A program made the translations under genes and the position numbers. DNA of 64,000 nt from Tubulanus polymorphus (lineage: Eukaryota > Animalia > Nemertea): assembly GCF_964204645.1 (NCBI RefSeq), contig NC_134028.1:25664345-25728344 (forward strand), written 5' to 3'. Positions 33,101-46,403 of this stretch are shown here, piece by piece. The first letter of the stretch is position 1, and every line of letters begins with the position of its first letter. The notes under the pieces were generated by a model. That model searched no databases and had not been told where the DNA came from. It was given only the letters and a program-made list of their open reading frames with translations.

Positions 33101-35851
33101 AAATTCCGTTGCCGTTAGAAAAACCGTCGGCTGTCGTTAAAAAAGACGTTAAAGTTTCGAAAAGCGTGAATCAAGATTCGTCGAAAGTTGGTTTAAAAAG
33201 CAATGAAAAAGCGACGGTTTCCGAACACGATATCGACGCTAATAAAACAAAGTGTAACGAGACGGTTATCGACGCGGGGGACTGGGAAAAAATGAGCGAC
33301 GTCGATAAATTGAGTCTTCGCTTACGCGGAAAAGCGAAGAGCGTTACTAAAAGTAACGACGGAAAACTCGAATCGGATCTCGGTGAGAAAAAATCCGTCG
33401 AAAAGATTTCCGCGTCCGTGGAAAAACCGGTGAAAAGTGCGGATAACGTTGTAAAAGAGCGTAAAATTTCGGATAGTGAAAAAGTTAATACCGGTCGAAA
33501 TACTGATGATTCTTCAAAGAAGAAATCTTCGGATAATGAAACGTTGAGTAGCAGTCGAAATGCTGATAATTCTTCGAAAAAGAAATCTAAGGATATAGAA
33601 AAATCGTCATCCAAACAATCAAGAATTTCTCCGGATAGAAAGACTAAAAAATCCAAACGGGAGAAAAAGCCGGAAAAGCAGCATCATAAACAGGGTAAAT
33701 CATCGGATCGTCAGATACCTGAACTTGAGAAGACGAAAGATTCGAAAACAGACGGTAAAGATAGTTCAGTTAAGACTAAGGAGGTGAACAATGATAAAAC
33801 GGAAAGTAAGAAGTCTTCGGAAAAGAGTTCTTCCCGAGTTCATGATCGTTCACCAACTCCGCAGAAGACGCCCGATAAATATTCGAAAAGTGCTTCTTCC
33901 GGCGGTAAGAGTCGTGGAAGGCGTTCAAATTCTAGAGAAAATACGCCACGGCATCATAAAAAACCTCGAACACGTACGAATAGTAGTAGCGACGATTCTT
34001 CTTCCGAACGCGAGTCTTCGAGAAGAAAAAATTCAAGAAAACGCGATAACGAGAAAACGAAAACTCGTCGGTCGAAGTCGCGTTCAAGAAGTCGATCCGA
34101 GAGTCAGTCGACGCGTGAGACCGGTAAGAAAACGACTGGCTCCAACAAGAGCAAACATTCGAAAAACCGCGAACATAAAACAGTCGGTGATTCCGCGAAG
34201 AAAGTTACAAGAGATAACAGCAAATACGTGAAAAAAACGGATATTTCCAACAAAAATCGTTCTTCGTCGAAGATAGCGGTGAAGAAGAAAAGCGAGTGGG
34301 ATAGCAGCAGTTCGGACGACGACGAGAAAACTGACAAGAAAAACGTGTCGTTGATCAGCGACGAAAGTGATTCGGATGATGAGAAAGCGACGTGGCGATT
34401 TAAACACACGGGAAAACACGCCAAGGAAACCGACGAGAAGATATTCGAACGCGATCGCGCCGAGTTGGAGGTGGCGCGTAAGAAACGCGACGGGAATTAC
34501 GAGAAAGTCGATCGCGGTTTAACGACTTCATATCGTCGAGACGATCATCGGCGACGCGATCGTTACGACGATAGAGACTCGTCTTATAGTCGTAGTAAAC
34601 CAGTACGTCATCAGCGAGCTCGTCGGTCTCCTTCCCCTCATCAGCGAGCTCGTCGGTCTCCTTCCCCTCATCAGCGAGCTCGTCGGTCTCCTTCTCCTCG
34701 TCGTCGCCGCGATAAAGACGATGTCGACAGCGACGACGATCGCGATTCCCGCAAACGAAAATCAGCCGTCGTTAAATCCGGCAGCGATGCGAGTAAATCA
34801 CACGATGCTGCAGATGACAGGACAAGCCGCTCGCAGCTGAGTAACGACAGGAAGAGACCGAAAGAACGGGAACCATCTGACCTAGACCCTATCAACGAGC
34901 AGACGTCGCCGCAAAAGAAACCGAAAATGAATCCATCTGAAACAGGTTTGTATTGGAAGAGTAAACTGTATTGATTTGATTAGTAAATAGTTTTCATCTC
35001 TACTGAATGATGGCAGAAGGGATGTATAATTATCTAACGATTCACCGTGCCACTGTGTAGAGGTACTACTATAGCGGTATGCCCATTATTCACAACGCTG
35101 GGATGGAATCTTCAAAAATGTTCAGATGATCTCCAGCAGTTTCGGTTATCGATTAGTCAGCACTGAAGGGGGTTACTTTGATTAATGTTGCCGGTCTCAG
35201 TCGGAGTTTAGGGGAGGTTTGAATGCTGGGACCTCATCAAATTAATCTAATTATTTGTTCTCCGCTGACTTCAGACTCTGTCCAGAAAGATCGCGCTTCG
35301 GTCCATAAACGTCTAGGCTCCTCGATATCTGCATCGACCGTGCTGGAAACAATTGAAAGGGAACAACCGAAAGCCTCACTAGCTGGTATGTGTTCAAATT
35401 CAACTTATCCCTCAAAGATGGCTCTCCATAAAAAATTTTCATTCCAAATAAGGCAGGTACTGAATAAGAATCAGTAGCTGATGAAGGTAATACTGAAGGA
35501 ATTGGTTTACTGAGATGAAGGGTACTAATCTAGTAGGAGTCTACATTGAGATAAAAAAGTTATGCAGACGCTGCCTTTAAATTCTCTTCTTTAAAACTCC
35601 TTAGATCCAGCAATGACTGATCTATAATGACCCTGATGACACATCACTGGTTGTCTAATTGTGTGGATGAGTTCAGGAGAGGCCATTTTCTTCTGGTACA
35701 TTCTAAAGTACGTTGCAATGCTAATAGTTTTGATATCTTTTCAGTTGATGACAAAGAATTGGAAATGAGGATTCAAAAGATAAAAGAAAAGAACGCCGCG
35801 ATTTTACAACGAAAAAAAGAAATAGACGAAGATCGTAAACTGTATGGCTGA
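30105..35851 (+). CDS. Ser/Arg/Lys-rich low-complexity nuclear protein (SRRM-like, putative RNA-processing factor), about 1075 aa
   Basis: 7 GT-AG exons in frame: 30105-30119 (MASDE), 30397-30447, 30875-31021, 31650-31908, 32408-34945, 35275-35385, 35745-35851(TGA). Contains RS dipeptides (RSKSRSRSRS), RRSPSP repeats, acidic/Ser tracts and a C-terminal coiled coil (DKELEMRIQKIKEKNAAILQRKKEIDEDRKLYG). Family not identified with certainty. Confidence 0.85.
34609..34700 (+). repeat. 30-bp coding tandem repeat (HQRARRSPSP x3)
   Basis: catcagcgagctcgtcggtctccttcccct repeated three times in frame. Confidence 0.95.
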
Positions 35852-36399
35852 ATGGAGAGGGAGGAGGAGTGTCTTAGAATGACTTGTGCTATTTTATTTC
35901 CATGGTTGTTCCATGACATCTGTGTTGTTGAATAGGGAAATATTAGAAGTTGTTCGAAAAATCTTTGTAAGATAAAGGTTTCTCAGTTGACTATTTTCCC
36001 ATCGCCTTACACAGATAATATTTTTCCTAAAGTCTACATACATGATTTGGACATTTCATAGGATTGAATTTCAAATAACAATTTGTTTACATGAGGATTA
36101 ATTTTAATAATGAACAAAAACCAAACAGCAGTTGATTAAATCATACACTTCACCTGTCAAAAAAAACTAGTTTATCTGAGCAGTTTTGAGAAATCATTAT
36201 GATTTTTAAAGTTATAAAAAGTTTAAGTTGACAATCGATGTAGTATCAGCATTTAGTTATATTGCTCGATTTGTAATAGAAAAACATCAATCAATTCACA
36301 CATTGAACAGTAGTATAACTTCATTCCACACGCTCGTCAATGTTAATGATTATTTCCAATGATGTAATTAGTTTCTTGCAGCTGAAATAATGCTGATAA

Positions 36400-36617
36400 G
36401 GCTAGAAAAAAATGATTCCTTGTTTCCCATTTCTGCTGAGCTTAAAAGTTGACCCGGCCGCCTATCCACCATGTACATTACTTTTTAAAATCATGATCAA
36501 GCTAACAATAACATACCGGCAGTTGTACATGTACAAATAAACTGATAACAAATTTCAGTGCAGATTACAAAATGGCCCAGCCGGTTAGGAGAAACGAGGT
36601 ATCATTTTATTTTAGCC
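36400..36617. mobile_element. GGCTA-ended MITE copy 2 (in the SR-like gene 3' UTR)
   Basis: ggctagaaaaaaatgattccttgtttc ... gaaacgaggtatcattttattttagcc; internal sequence is shared with the 17455 copy. Confidence 0.7.
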
Positions 36618-37114
36618 AAATTAAGAGTGAAAAGAGGCAATTTGTGATCGTGTGTGCAGTTTGGATAAAGAGACATTAACATTCGCATTCCGATCAAGTT
36701 CATTATGGTTCATATCGGTGTCGAAAATAACTATTTTTATGTTCAGGAGGTTGTAAAAATGATCATGATCAAGACCTAACATGAATGAAAATGGGAATTA
36801 ATGAATTTTCGCTTGCTTAACCACGAGTCACAATTAACTCTCAACAGTCAAACTGGGGCATTGGAGATCGGTTGTTGAAGGTTGAATGATGTTCTGTTAG
36901 TGGATCAAAGCTCCAGCACATGAAGTTAACAAATTCAATTGTGTAAACTTCATTGTAACAGATAATACATGTATATATGATATGCTTGAAAAGTTTTTTT
37001 TTTATATGTATGTAGAAAATGACAATAACTGATGCATTTTAATCTACAGCATTTGATCGAGTAATTATATGAATGGAATTTTGTTTTTATTTTGTACATA
37101 GAACGCTGGGTTGC

Positions 37115-37120
37115 AATAAA
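37115..37120 (+). terminator. Candidate poly(A) signal of the SR-like gene
   Basis: AATAAA at 37115, a second at about 37179, each followed by T/G-rich sequence. Confidence 0.4.
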
Positions 37121-37241
37121 CGCTTTGGTTTCATCTCGGAGGAAAATCGTGGTTTCTTGAATGCAATAACATGAGAATGAATAAATAGAATTTATTGAAA
37201 AATTTCAAGGTTTTCGTGATTTATTGTGTGGGGGGTTATTC

Positions 37242-37472
37242 CATCCTCGCTTGCCAGGGATCCGGTATCACTCCCGAACTCCATTCCACCAGCGGGGAAC
37301 AGCTTTAGCGTAGTGGGTTCGAATCCCTTGACGGGTGAAGATGGGGTTATTCATGGTTTTTGCAAGGAAGCATCCTCGCTTGCCGGGGGTCCAGTATCAC
37401 TCCCGAACTCGCTTCCACCAGCGGGGAACAGCTTTAGCGTAGTGGGTTCGAATCCCTTGACGGGGAAGATGG
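37242..37472 (+). repeat. Tandem pair of about 100-bp tRNA-related (SINE-like) units
   Basis: Near-identical units at 37242-37344 and 37371-37472, each containing TAGCGTAGTGG (A-box-like) and GGTTCGAATCC (B-box). Confidence 0.55.
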
Positions 37473-40326
37473 CAAGGAAGTGGCTTGGTGCTACTTTTTG
37501 GAGAAAATTTCTAAAGGCCCTAATTTGTGGTTACTTTTCACAAGTGCTTCTACAAATTAACTCATTTCTTCTATTATAGAAAGATTGCCAGATGAGTTTC
37601 AAGATAATTTTATCGGAACCCGGCCCGCAAATCGGTACATAGTTTGTCCACTACGGCTATTCGAAGACTCTGGCAAGCGAGTATAATTTTAGTTCACACA
37701 TTCCCCGCTACTGTTATACATAGGAGCAGCACTAGACGGTCGATACGCTGTGACGCGCTATTTTCGGATGGGAACTATTGTTTCATTAGCCGATTACATC
37801 TATGCTAATTCTTTATCTAATAAAGTTATTCTCTCAATTGATAAACGCTTTGAAGCCACCTTAAGATGGAAATGATTTTCAATTTGCTTTATACGACTTT
37901 TTTGTTAAAAAGTAATTCACTGTACCGGGTCGCTCTGTCCGAGTGGTGGTATCACACTTACAACGTCTATTATGGGCGCAATGCAGTGATTTAATTTTTT
38001 CCGCAATGAAAGAGCTGAAAAGTGTAAGCTTTACTACTACCATCCATGACATAAAACAACTGGGCGATTTTGAAAACGACACCAATCAATAGGCCTATGG
38101 GTGATATTATCGATGAGAGGATTGATCGAATCTGTAGGCTGGATTCTTAAAAGATGTCAATAAACTAACTAATCATATCAGATGATGTGTCATCTAAATA
38201 AGAATATCTATAGCCGTTCGTTCCCGAAAAAGAAACGACTGGTGTTTATATTTCGTTGAGTTACGTACCTAGCTCTCAAGTAGCCTGTAGCCTACAACGG
38301 GCTAGGCTTTCACTTTAACTGCTATTTCTATTCACTATTGCCATTTGTAATGAAAAATGAATTTGTATCATAATTATCATTAAATCTAGTAATCGCAGAT
38401 ATGTCTCAAATTTCCCCACGTGAGATGATTTCGAACAGAAGGAGCATTCTTATTGGTTGGAGGTTTCAGTGTGAACCCCTCGGAACTAGAACCCTGTCCC
38501 ATAGATAGATACAGACTAATAAAATTTAATGTTTATATGCTTCAAAATATTGACAAAATTCATCACGTAGCCTATATATGTGTTACTATTACATTTTGAT
38601 GGACGAAGTACTCATGAAACCAGTAGCACAAGGGGAAAATCAATAACGTACGAAAAACGATATCGTTATTACAAACAGATTTTGTATTTAAACGCGATCA
38701 GATTGATAAATCTCGACTAAACTCTCGACCTACAAGACAAATAAGTATATGTATATAAGTAGCCGATATCTCTAATGTATTACTTGGTGAGTGGAATCAC
38801 CAGATCAGGAAATGACAATAATAGATCTTATGATAGTCGTTGACTTAAATATTCCATGGTTTGCCTATAGGTGGGTTCCCGGTCACTCATGGTACACTAT
38901 TGTAATGCCATTATCTAATACTTGAAACAAACGTAATTCGTTATATAGCTTTTACTGATTTGCACCTGACGGTAGCACTTAGAAAGATTATTAAATTCAA
39001 ACAATTCAAAAGATGAAAATCAAAATGTCCTTCGTTGAGTTCATCCGGGCCATGTAATGGTACTTATGAAGCTATGCTTGACATCACTGTGTTAAAGAAA
39101 ATTGAAGATTAAAATTGTATCGCTTTATAAGAAATGTATCTCAGCAGTAGAAGCAGGTGAATTATAAACCAGTAAATCATCAGTTAATGGCAAATTTCGG
39201 GCAAACCAACCACCATTAATGGTGGTATTAGAGCTAAAAGTCAGACGCCAGGCCTGACTGGTCATCGCACTGACCTAGATCAATCACCCCGAGATGGTTG
39301 CTCGTAGGCACTGACCCATCACTTGTGCCGACAAGAAAATACATCCTCTGTCTGTCGCAACCCTGTGGCATGGGGTTGAATGTCCCAAGTTCGATCCTTG
39401 TTAGGGGTTACAGTTTTGGTGAAATAAATATCGAGGTTTCTTAAAAGTACATCGAGAGACTGAATTTTATTTCAGCTACGAAATCATTGTGATTAATCAG
39501 TTGTATTGGTTGTCGACGAATCAACAAATTAGCATCGCGTGTTTCAGAGGAGGTCAATGACTTCTGAAATCTAATATGACGATACTTCGATGATTCGTAT
39601 CTGAAGAAGGATTCTTCCTTGGACAATCTTATCCCAATTCGTCTACAATATCACGATTGCAAATGTCTTACTATTATGAAAATTTGATTCTGTATATTGC
39701 TTATTTATAGTAGACAAACTGAAAAGAAGTTCTATCGATAGTTTGGTGGATCTTGACCGGTAACACTCTAGTTCATCTGTCTGATGGACTTGTTCGCTCG
39801 TTGACATTGAGAGGTCATTGACTTCTTGGGGAATTCACTTACCGTACTGTATCAATTGATTTGCGGCGAGGGAATTGCTGGCTTACAGTATGCAATTATC
39901 ACAAGATTCGGGTTCCTTCATTGGCTATTTACATCTATCTCCAATATCACGATCATAAATATAATCTATGAATAACGGGCTTTTATCGAAGGGATGGATA
40001 TTCTAAAACGCGTTCTTTTCTTCATCTTAATTTTTCTCCTAATAGTGGGCTTCATGGATTATCTAATACATCATGACCCGCTCTGCATGGACCTAACGAC
40101 AGTTGTTTTCCACTTCATAGTGTCCATAGTTTTCCTTTTTTCCACTTGGGCCTATGTGAGGGAAACGAAAATCCAAGAATTCGTTTTTCTGTGTGCTTGC
40201 TATTGAAACACACCGACAAAGGGCATCTGCGATCCGTCATGTAAATTACTGTACTTTGAAAAAAACCAGATGGCTGGGAGAGGGAGAGAGAGTAAAACAC
40301 ACAATGTTTGAAATCATAAACTGGTT

Positions 40327-40332
40327 TTTTAT
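40327..40332 (-). terminator. Candidate distal poly(A) signal of the docking-protein gene (3' UTR about 7.5 kb)
   Basis: Minus-strand AATAAA followed by ttgtgtgtttt. The region 40330-47857 is T/G-skewed on the minus strand and has no credible exons. Confidence 0.35.
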
Positions 40333-41297
40333 TGAGTAAAGCTCAAGGAACTTCGATATATCACAAAATCGTACAATATTTACACCGACCAAAATCTCTT
40401 CAAGATAATTTCATTATTATATATACGTAATCTATAGACATATGTTGTTATAGCTACCATGAACATTTATCACAAAATTAATCAATATATATAATATCTA
40501 TATATTCACTTTTGAAAGGTTTTTTTCTTTAAAGCCAGCCTTCAGATACATATAACGACTTAGATGTTATTACAACACAGTAGACTGTATGACGTCCTAA
40601 TCCGGAACATTGTCAATTGGCTAATTCGAAATTCAAGAAAACGAAATCTTTTTGCTCGAAACGTTCTACATTTTCTACGAAGACCAGCTTTTAGGACGAA
40701 AAGTTAAACAACCGAAACTAAATAGATTACAAACACAAGACGTCATCGAGGAGACACGTGACATTTTGAAAAATTAACGAACCGCGCAATCTCTTCGTAT
40801 GAAAAAAGAATCATCTAACAAGAACGCCCTAATACCGAGAACCGAGAACAATTCTACTGCGCATTTAACACGAAAACAAATTAAACAAGGGTTTGAATTA
40901 TATCACTAAAAACTAACGTAATCATATTCATAAGCTGCCTAGAAAATCAATAGAGATTTACACGAAAGTTACACAAGAACGAACGAGCGTACAATGAGAG
41001 ATACCCCACGCCTTTTGAACAGTGAACACATGCAATGCATGACGTACATACATAATTATGTTATGCTAGCATGGGTGACTGAGTTAGATAAACATAGGTC
41101 ATCTGTACCTAACACAAATAGTCAAATGGTTATTGACAATTCATTAATATTCCAAAGCAGAAGCGTTTGAATCAATGATCAGTTTTGGGTTTTGAATTTT
41201 GGATGGTTTTTAAGATGTCAGATCCATGATTTTCTAAGTAATGTGCATTAACATCGTCAAATCCAGTTCTAAAGATAGATTTTCTATAAAGCTGGGT

Positions 41298-41463
41298 TCC
41301 GGGACGGGCGCAGGAAAACCCCTGTTAGCCTAACCGTGGTTAGTGGCTTATCAGTGGTTCGGCTAACTGGCTTAAAAGGCCACACGAAGACAATGGTTAT
41401 AGCTAACAGCGTTTTCCTAACCACGGTTAGCGCTAACAGGGTTTTCCTGCACCCGTCCCTGGA
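41298..41463. mobile_element. Palindromic MITE, about 165 bp
   Basis: About 45-bp imperfect TIRs: tccgggacgggcgcaggaaaacccctgttagcctaaccgtggttag / ctaaccacggttagcgctaacagggttttcctgcacccgtccctgga. Confidence 0.75.
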
Positions 41464-41567
41464 TGATAGCTCGAAGAAACGACGACACATCATAACAGGC
41501 ACACAGCACGAGTTAATGTAAATATATAAACATATGACGGATGAATACTGGTTGTATGAGAAACAAC

Positions 41568-41660
41568 AGGTCGCTCATGAAGTACACCGCTCAGGTCACT
41601 CATGAAGTACACCGCTCAGGTCACTCATGAAGTACACCGCTCAGGTCACTCATGAAGTAC
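41568..41660 (+). repeat. 25-bp minisatellite, about 3.5 units
   Basis: catgaagtacaccgctcaggtcact repeated. Confidence 0.9.
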
Positions 41661-43086
41661 CGTACAATGCTTCTTCGTAATACATCGTTATATTTTACCC
41701 ATTTTTTCTATATATAAACCTTGGTGACAAGGTAGAAACTTCCCACAATACAAAATGGAAAAAATGTCCGAAAGGTATCTGTGAGCTAGTGGTTTGTTCA
41801 ACCTTTTTGAATATATCCCTATTCAGTAAACATGACCTAAAACTGACACCAGGAAAATTGGTCAGACGTTAGTCTGAGATAGGAAATATAAGTGAGGATC
41901 ACAAAAATGATTTCGTTTTCGTCCGAGTTAGTCGAAAGTGTGAGTTGGCTGTGTCCGAGTAAGGTTTTTAACTGCAATCATCTAGTATTCCTGAAGATGA
42001 CTATTAGGATGAAGTTGTAATAGTCGGACTAGTTTTTCTATTTTGTATTGTAGGATATTTTACTGTATGAAGGCTTTAAGATGATTCTCACTGAATCTGT
42101 TATACACGAGACATAATCACAACACACGTTTGAAAACGTGATATCAGTGACAATATAATACACACATGTATATCGAATAAATTAAATATCAACAATTTAT
42201 ATACGGTATTTATAGATGATCATTGAACTGCCAGAAATTGCTGTACTAAAATCATCGTGGGCAGCTACGCCTACACGCGCACACGCGTGGGAGGGGGAAG
42301 TCAGTTGTAATTAGTGAAGTTTCGAAGCTCATGTCATCAGTGAAATAAGATTCATAAAGCTTGCGTGGACTACGTACGAGTAATTCGGCGAGTCATTGCA
42401 CGTGCTGTGCTAAATTCAGCGAAAATTGGTTTTTACTGATGAAATTCACCAAGACTGTCACAGTTAAAATTGGCCGAAAACTTGACACCTCAAGATCTAA
42501 AAAACCTCGCCAGAGGCCAATCGTGAAGGAATTGTCACATCCAAAAAGGTCGCTTTGATATCCACAAAGTCAATATATGGGGCACTACAGCACTGAAATA
42601 TACCAATTATCTTCATTGACAAAATAGATAAGGGCACTCAAAAAATTTGATGGACTCGTTACAAGTTTCATAAGTGCCACTGGATGCGCCGCTGCGCGCG
42701 TGTAGACGTAGCCTTTAATTCCATAATATTCTTCTATCGAATAAAACAATCGCTGAAATAGAGATATTCGCGACGTTTTCGAATTCTTATAAAATCTACA
42801 CAAATTTTCAACATATTTTCCCCGTTCGTAAATACGTCTTCGATCTTTCTTTTTTTCAAACATCGGATATTTCTTATATACACACCATAAATAATCAATA
42901 ATAGCAATAGTCAATAATTATCAATACAAACACAACCCTTTTTACCCAGCATAAATAAACTGTATTTCTCTCGCCAGCTTTTTTTTCTTAAAGAGTAGTA
43001 GTAGAATACTTATACACGCTATGTTCTGTTTTTTTTTTCATTTTCAAGATAAAAACGATCTTCTAACAAAATATACTGTATCATAC

Positions 43087-43089
43087 ATA

Positions 43090-43182
<93 letters not shown>
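43087..43182. repeat. (AT)n microsatellite
   Basis: About 48 AT units with one interruption. Confidence 0.97.
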
Positions 43183-43186
<4 letters not shown>

Positions 43187-44011
43187 CATTTATTTATTTA
43201 TTTTTCAGTAACCTGCGACACTCACACGAGAGACGTTTATAAACAAATAGAGGACATTTTTGAAGAAGCGCAGACCTAACGGCTATTTACACACACTCAT
43301 CTAAATACGACGATCACATATCAAATATCGTCACAGAACTTTAGCCGCGATCAAACGGAGACGATTTGGCGCGAGTGAAATTTGGCCCGTGCCTAATTAG
43401 AGAGCGCATTCACAAGTAAACCACTCACTCGATACTATACAATGCTCGAACAAAGCGAAGTGAGTCACTTCCCGGAACCAGTTGCAATTCAAACGCAATA
43501 ATTTAGTTAAATTTCCGACATTTTTGGTTGGGCCAAATTTGGCATGTCCCGAACAAAGGGCCTCGCTGCCATCAGTGTGAAGGGTAAGCCCACGCCTAAT
43601 CCGGCGTGGGTCAAAAATGCTCATACGATCGCGGCTTCTGTCACACCTGTACAATCAGCATTTCGAACCCGCTTCGTTTTCAAAAATTCAATCTCTCAAA
43701 AACACATCACATTTTAACGTTTCTCTCAAAAGCAGCGTTTTCACAGACATCGCGATTTCATCAGATCGAGCAATAAAATAACAACACCGACTAATCATAA
43801 ATAAAGCGGTGATTGGATTTTTCTCTCTATGCCAGCTTACGACGGATCACCGAACAAACATGATAAATATACATACATACCGTACATACACGGAGCAGCG
43901 GATAATATTTGAATATTTTTCAATAAAACATCACACGATACCAGCCTCCTTAATATCAATTTTACAATCTAGGTCAAATACCCAGTTTCAGCCTTTAGCA
44001 GAAAACAACAT

Positions 44012-44047
<36 letters not shown>
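44012..44047. repeat. (ATC)n microsatellite
   Basis: About 11-12 units. Confidence 0.95.
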
Positions 44048-46297
44048 AGCTCCATTTGAACGAAAATCAATATGCATTCATGTTAAGTTATGATATTTTT
44101 GTCAGGAGTTACAGGTCCCCGTTACCAGGAGTTACAGGTCCCCGTCACCACGAGTTACATGTTCCCGTCACCAGGAGTTTTCAAGGACAAGTCAATTTAA
44201 AGCGCGAGTACGACGAAAAAGGGTGAGAAGTGAATATAATGACGAAGCCCTTTTTGATCAAAATACGGCACATTTTACGGTCCTTTTGGACGACGCGAAG
44301 CTAGCTGAAATTTCTGAGAGGTGAAACTTCGAAAAAAAGGCACTTTTAAAACCATGGCGTATTCAACTGAACATTCATAGCGACCGAGGGACGAGGAGTT
44401 AATGCTCAAATTCAATTTCTAGCAATAATTGTAGCGGGTAATTTCGATAAAAAGCTTTTAGAATCACTGAATATGAATCGCGTGGTACAATGAAATTCGC
44501 TACTAAAATCTGAATACGCCGCGATCTTTTTTCATACAGAAGATACAAAAAACATTTGTTTCATCCAGGACCGCCACGGCTCAGCGTATTTTTGTCAAGG
44601 GTGACTCATATCACACTGATACCGATAATGATTAGGTAGTAGACTACGACGCACGTTCAAATATATATCTGCGTAGAAATCTAAACAATAAAATGTAGAC
44701 CTTAGCACATATTTTTCGAGACTTTAAGATCACCTGGGCCAACCGACCGACCGAGCGACCGTCTGGGCGCGTAAACAACAGGTTACAATAACAATTTGAT
44801 AATAATTCGCAATAACGGGAATTCTAGCTCACCGCGTGACCAGACAGTCGGACTTTAAACGCGCCGTTATTTCGAGACACAAGGTCGAATCGCGTTCACG
44901 GGAAAAAAACAAACGTTAACTTCGACGCATTTAACGCTCATCACGAAACATTAACTCATTTTTAGATATACAGAGTACGAGCTTATGAATCTAGACTCTT
45001 TAGGTACAATTTCAGGGCAACTTTACATTTTAGAGGGTGTTTTGGCACCCCCCGCTGCCTCCCCTTGAATCCGCCCGAGACTGGACTTCGAAAATAGTAG
45101 TTTAAATCGAAAATGAATAAGAACTGGTTATGATTTTCAGAGTAATTTCATTATTTTGGTGGTAAATGAGAGCAGAAACTATTCTGAAATAAAGTAGTGA
45201 AGTCTGGGTTCCCGCGCAGAAAATGTTTTTGTTCCGTCTTTCGATTACGTATGAGTACGTGATCATAGTTTCAGGGTGTTTGATATGCAATTTATTGGCC
45301 TCGTTTACCAGAGCCGTGTTGCAATTTGCAAACAATGTAACTTTAAGTGTCACCCAAGGTTGCAATCAAGGTAAACTTTGAACGCTACATGAAAACTAAT
45401 CACTTCGAACAATCACGCACCGCCTACATCCGAAAACAACCGACGACTTTCAAATCTTCTAACACGCGTGACGGTTATTAAAATCATTTTTGAAGTTTTT
45501 TAGGCTAGGTTACGCCGTTAGTTTTTCTCAAATCTTATTAACAAGTTTTTCGACAAGGTCTGTACAAATCGGTTATTCCTGGATATAAGGAGTTTTCAAG
45601 AAGAAAATTTCATATCTCAAAGAAGTGTCTGCATCACTTTTATATCCCAATTACAGTAGACTCCTCCTAAATCCGTTAACGATACCTTAACAATTCAGTA
45701 ACCGCCTAATTGGGTATAAAAAAATTCAGGTCCAAACTGTACTGATTTAGTCTAATGTACAACTACAAACAAATTTCTGCTTATTTCTCAAAATTGAAGG
45801 AGTTTCAAAGGAGTTTCAGGCATTTTGTTTGAATAAAATGAGTTTAAAGCAACCTTCATAAACACTCTCTGTTTAGAAGTAGTTTTTAAGTAATCAAGGA
45901 TTCGTACAGACCCTGTTCCATGAACTATCGCAAATTTATGAATTTCGAAAAACGTTGTCGCATTCGTTATCCGTATCAGACACGTAACAATGACGGAATT
46001 CAATTTGGTCACCGGCCAAATTCGCAACGCCACAAAGGGACGATTTCATGAATACAAATAAAATATCAAGCGCGTCACATGAAACTCAGTCGCAGAGGAA
46101 ACAAACACGAAATACGGCATTAATCATGTATAATAACATCACGGAGATCAAATTTCAAAACAGAACAAATAAATAATTCAACTATCATCATTAAATAGGA
46201 CACAACCTCGTATCAACTACCAATACGTAAGAATCATTCCATTTTGAGACGAGACGCTTAAAACCGACATTTTCAAAATCAGCGGCAATGGAAAAAT

Positions 46298-46403
46298 ACA
46301 GTAACTCTCGCCTCACTCAGACATGTCCAACTCAGACTTTTGACTAACTTGGACAGAAATGTATTCTCCAATCCTAAACTCGAACATCGCTTAAACCTGG
46401 GAC
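46298..46403. mobile_element. Short (TA)CAGT...ACTG MITE, Tc1/mariner-like ends
   Basis: tacagtaactctcgcc ... ggcgaggtttactg. Similar remnants near 14079-14150, 32120-32330 and 41890-41975. Confidence 0.45.

Noticed and set aside
32317-34895. Several antisense and alternative-frame ORFs over the large SR-like exon (similar ones over 47826-48791 and 59416-62279)
   Set aside because: Shadow ORFs expected from low-complexity, CG-rich codon usage in real coding exons; no independent motifs or splice support.
43021-43242. ORF with poly-(YI); also the poly-I ORF at 43809-44093
   Set aside because: Translations of (AT)n and (ATC)n microsatellites.
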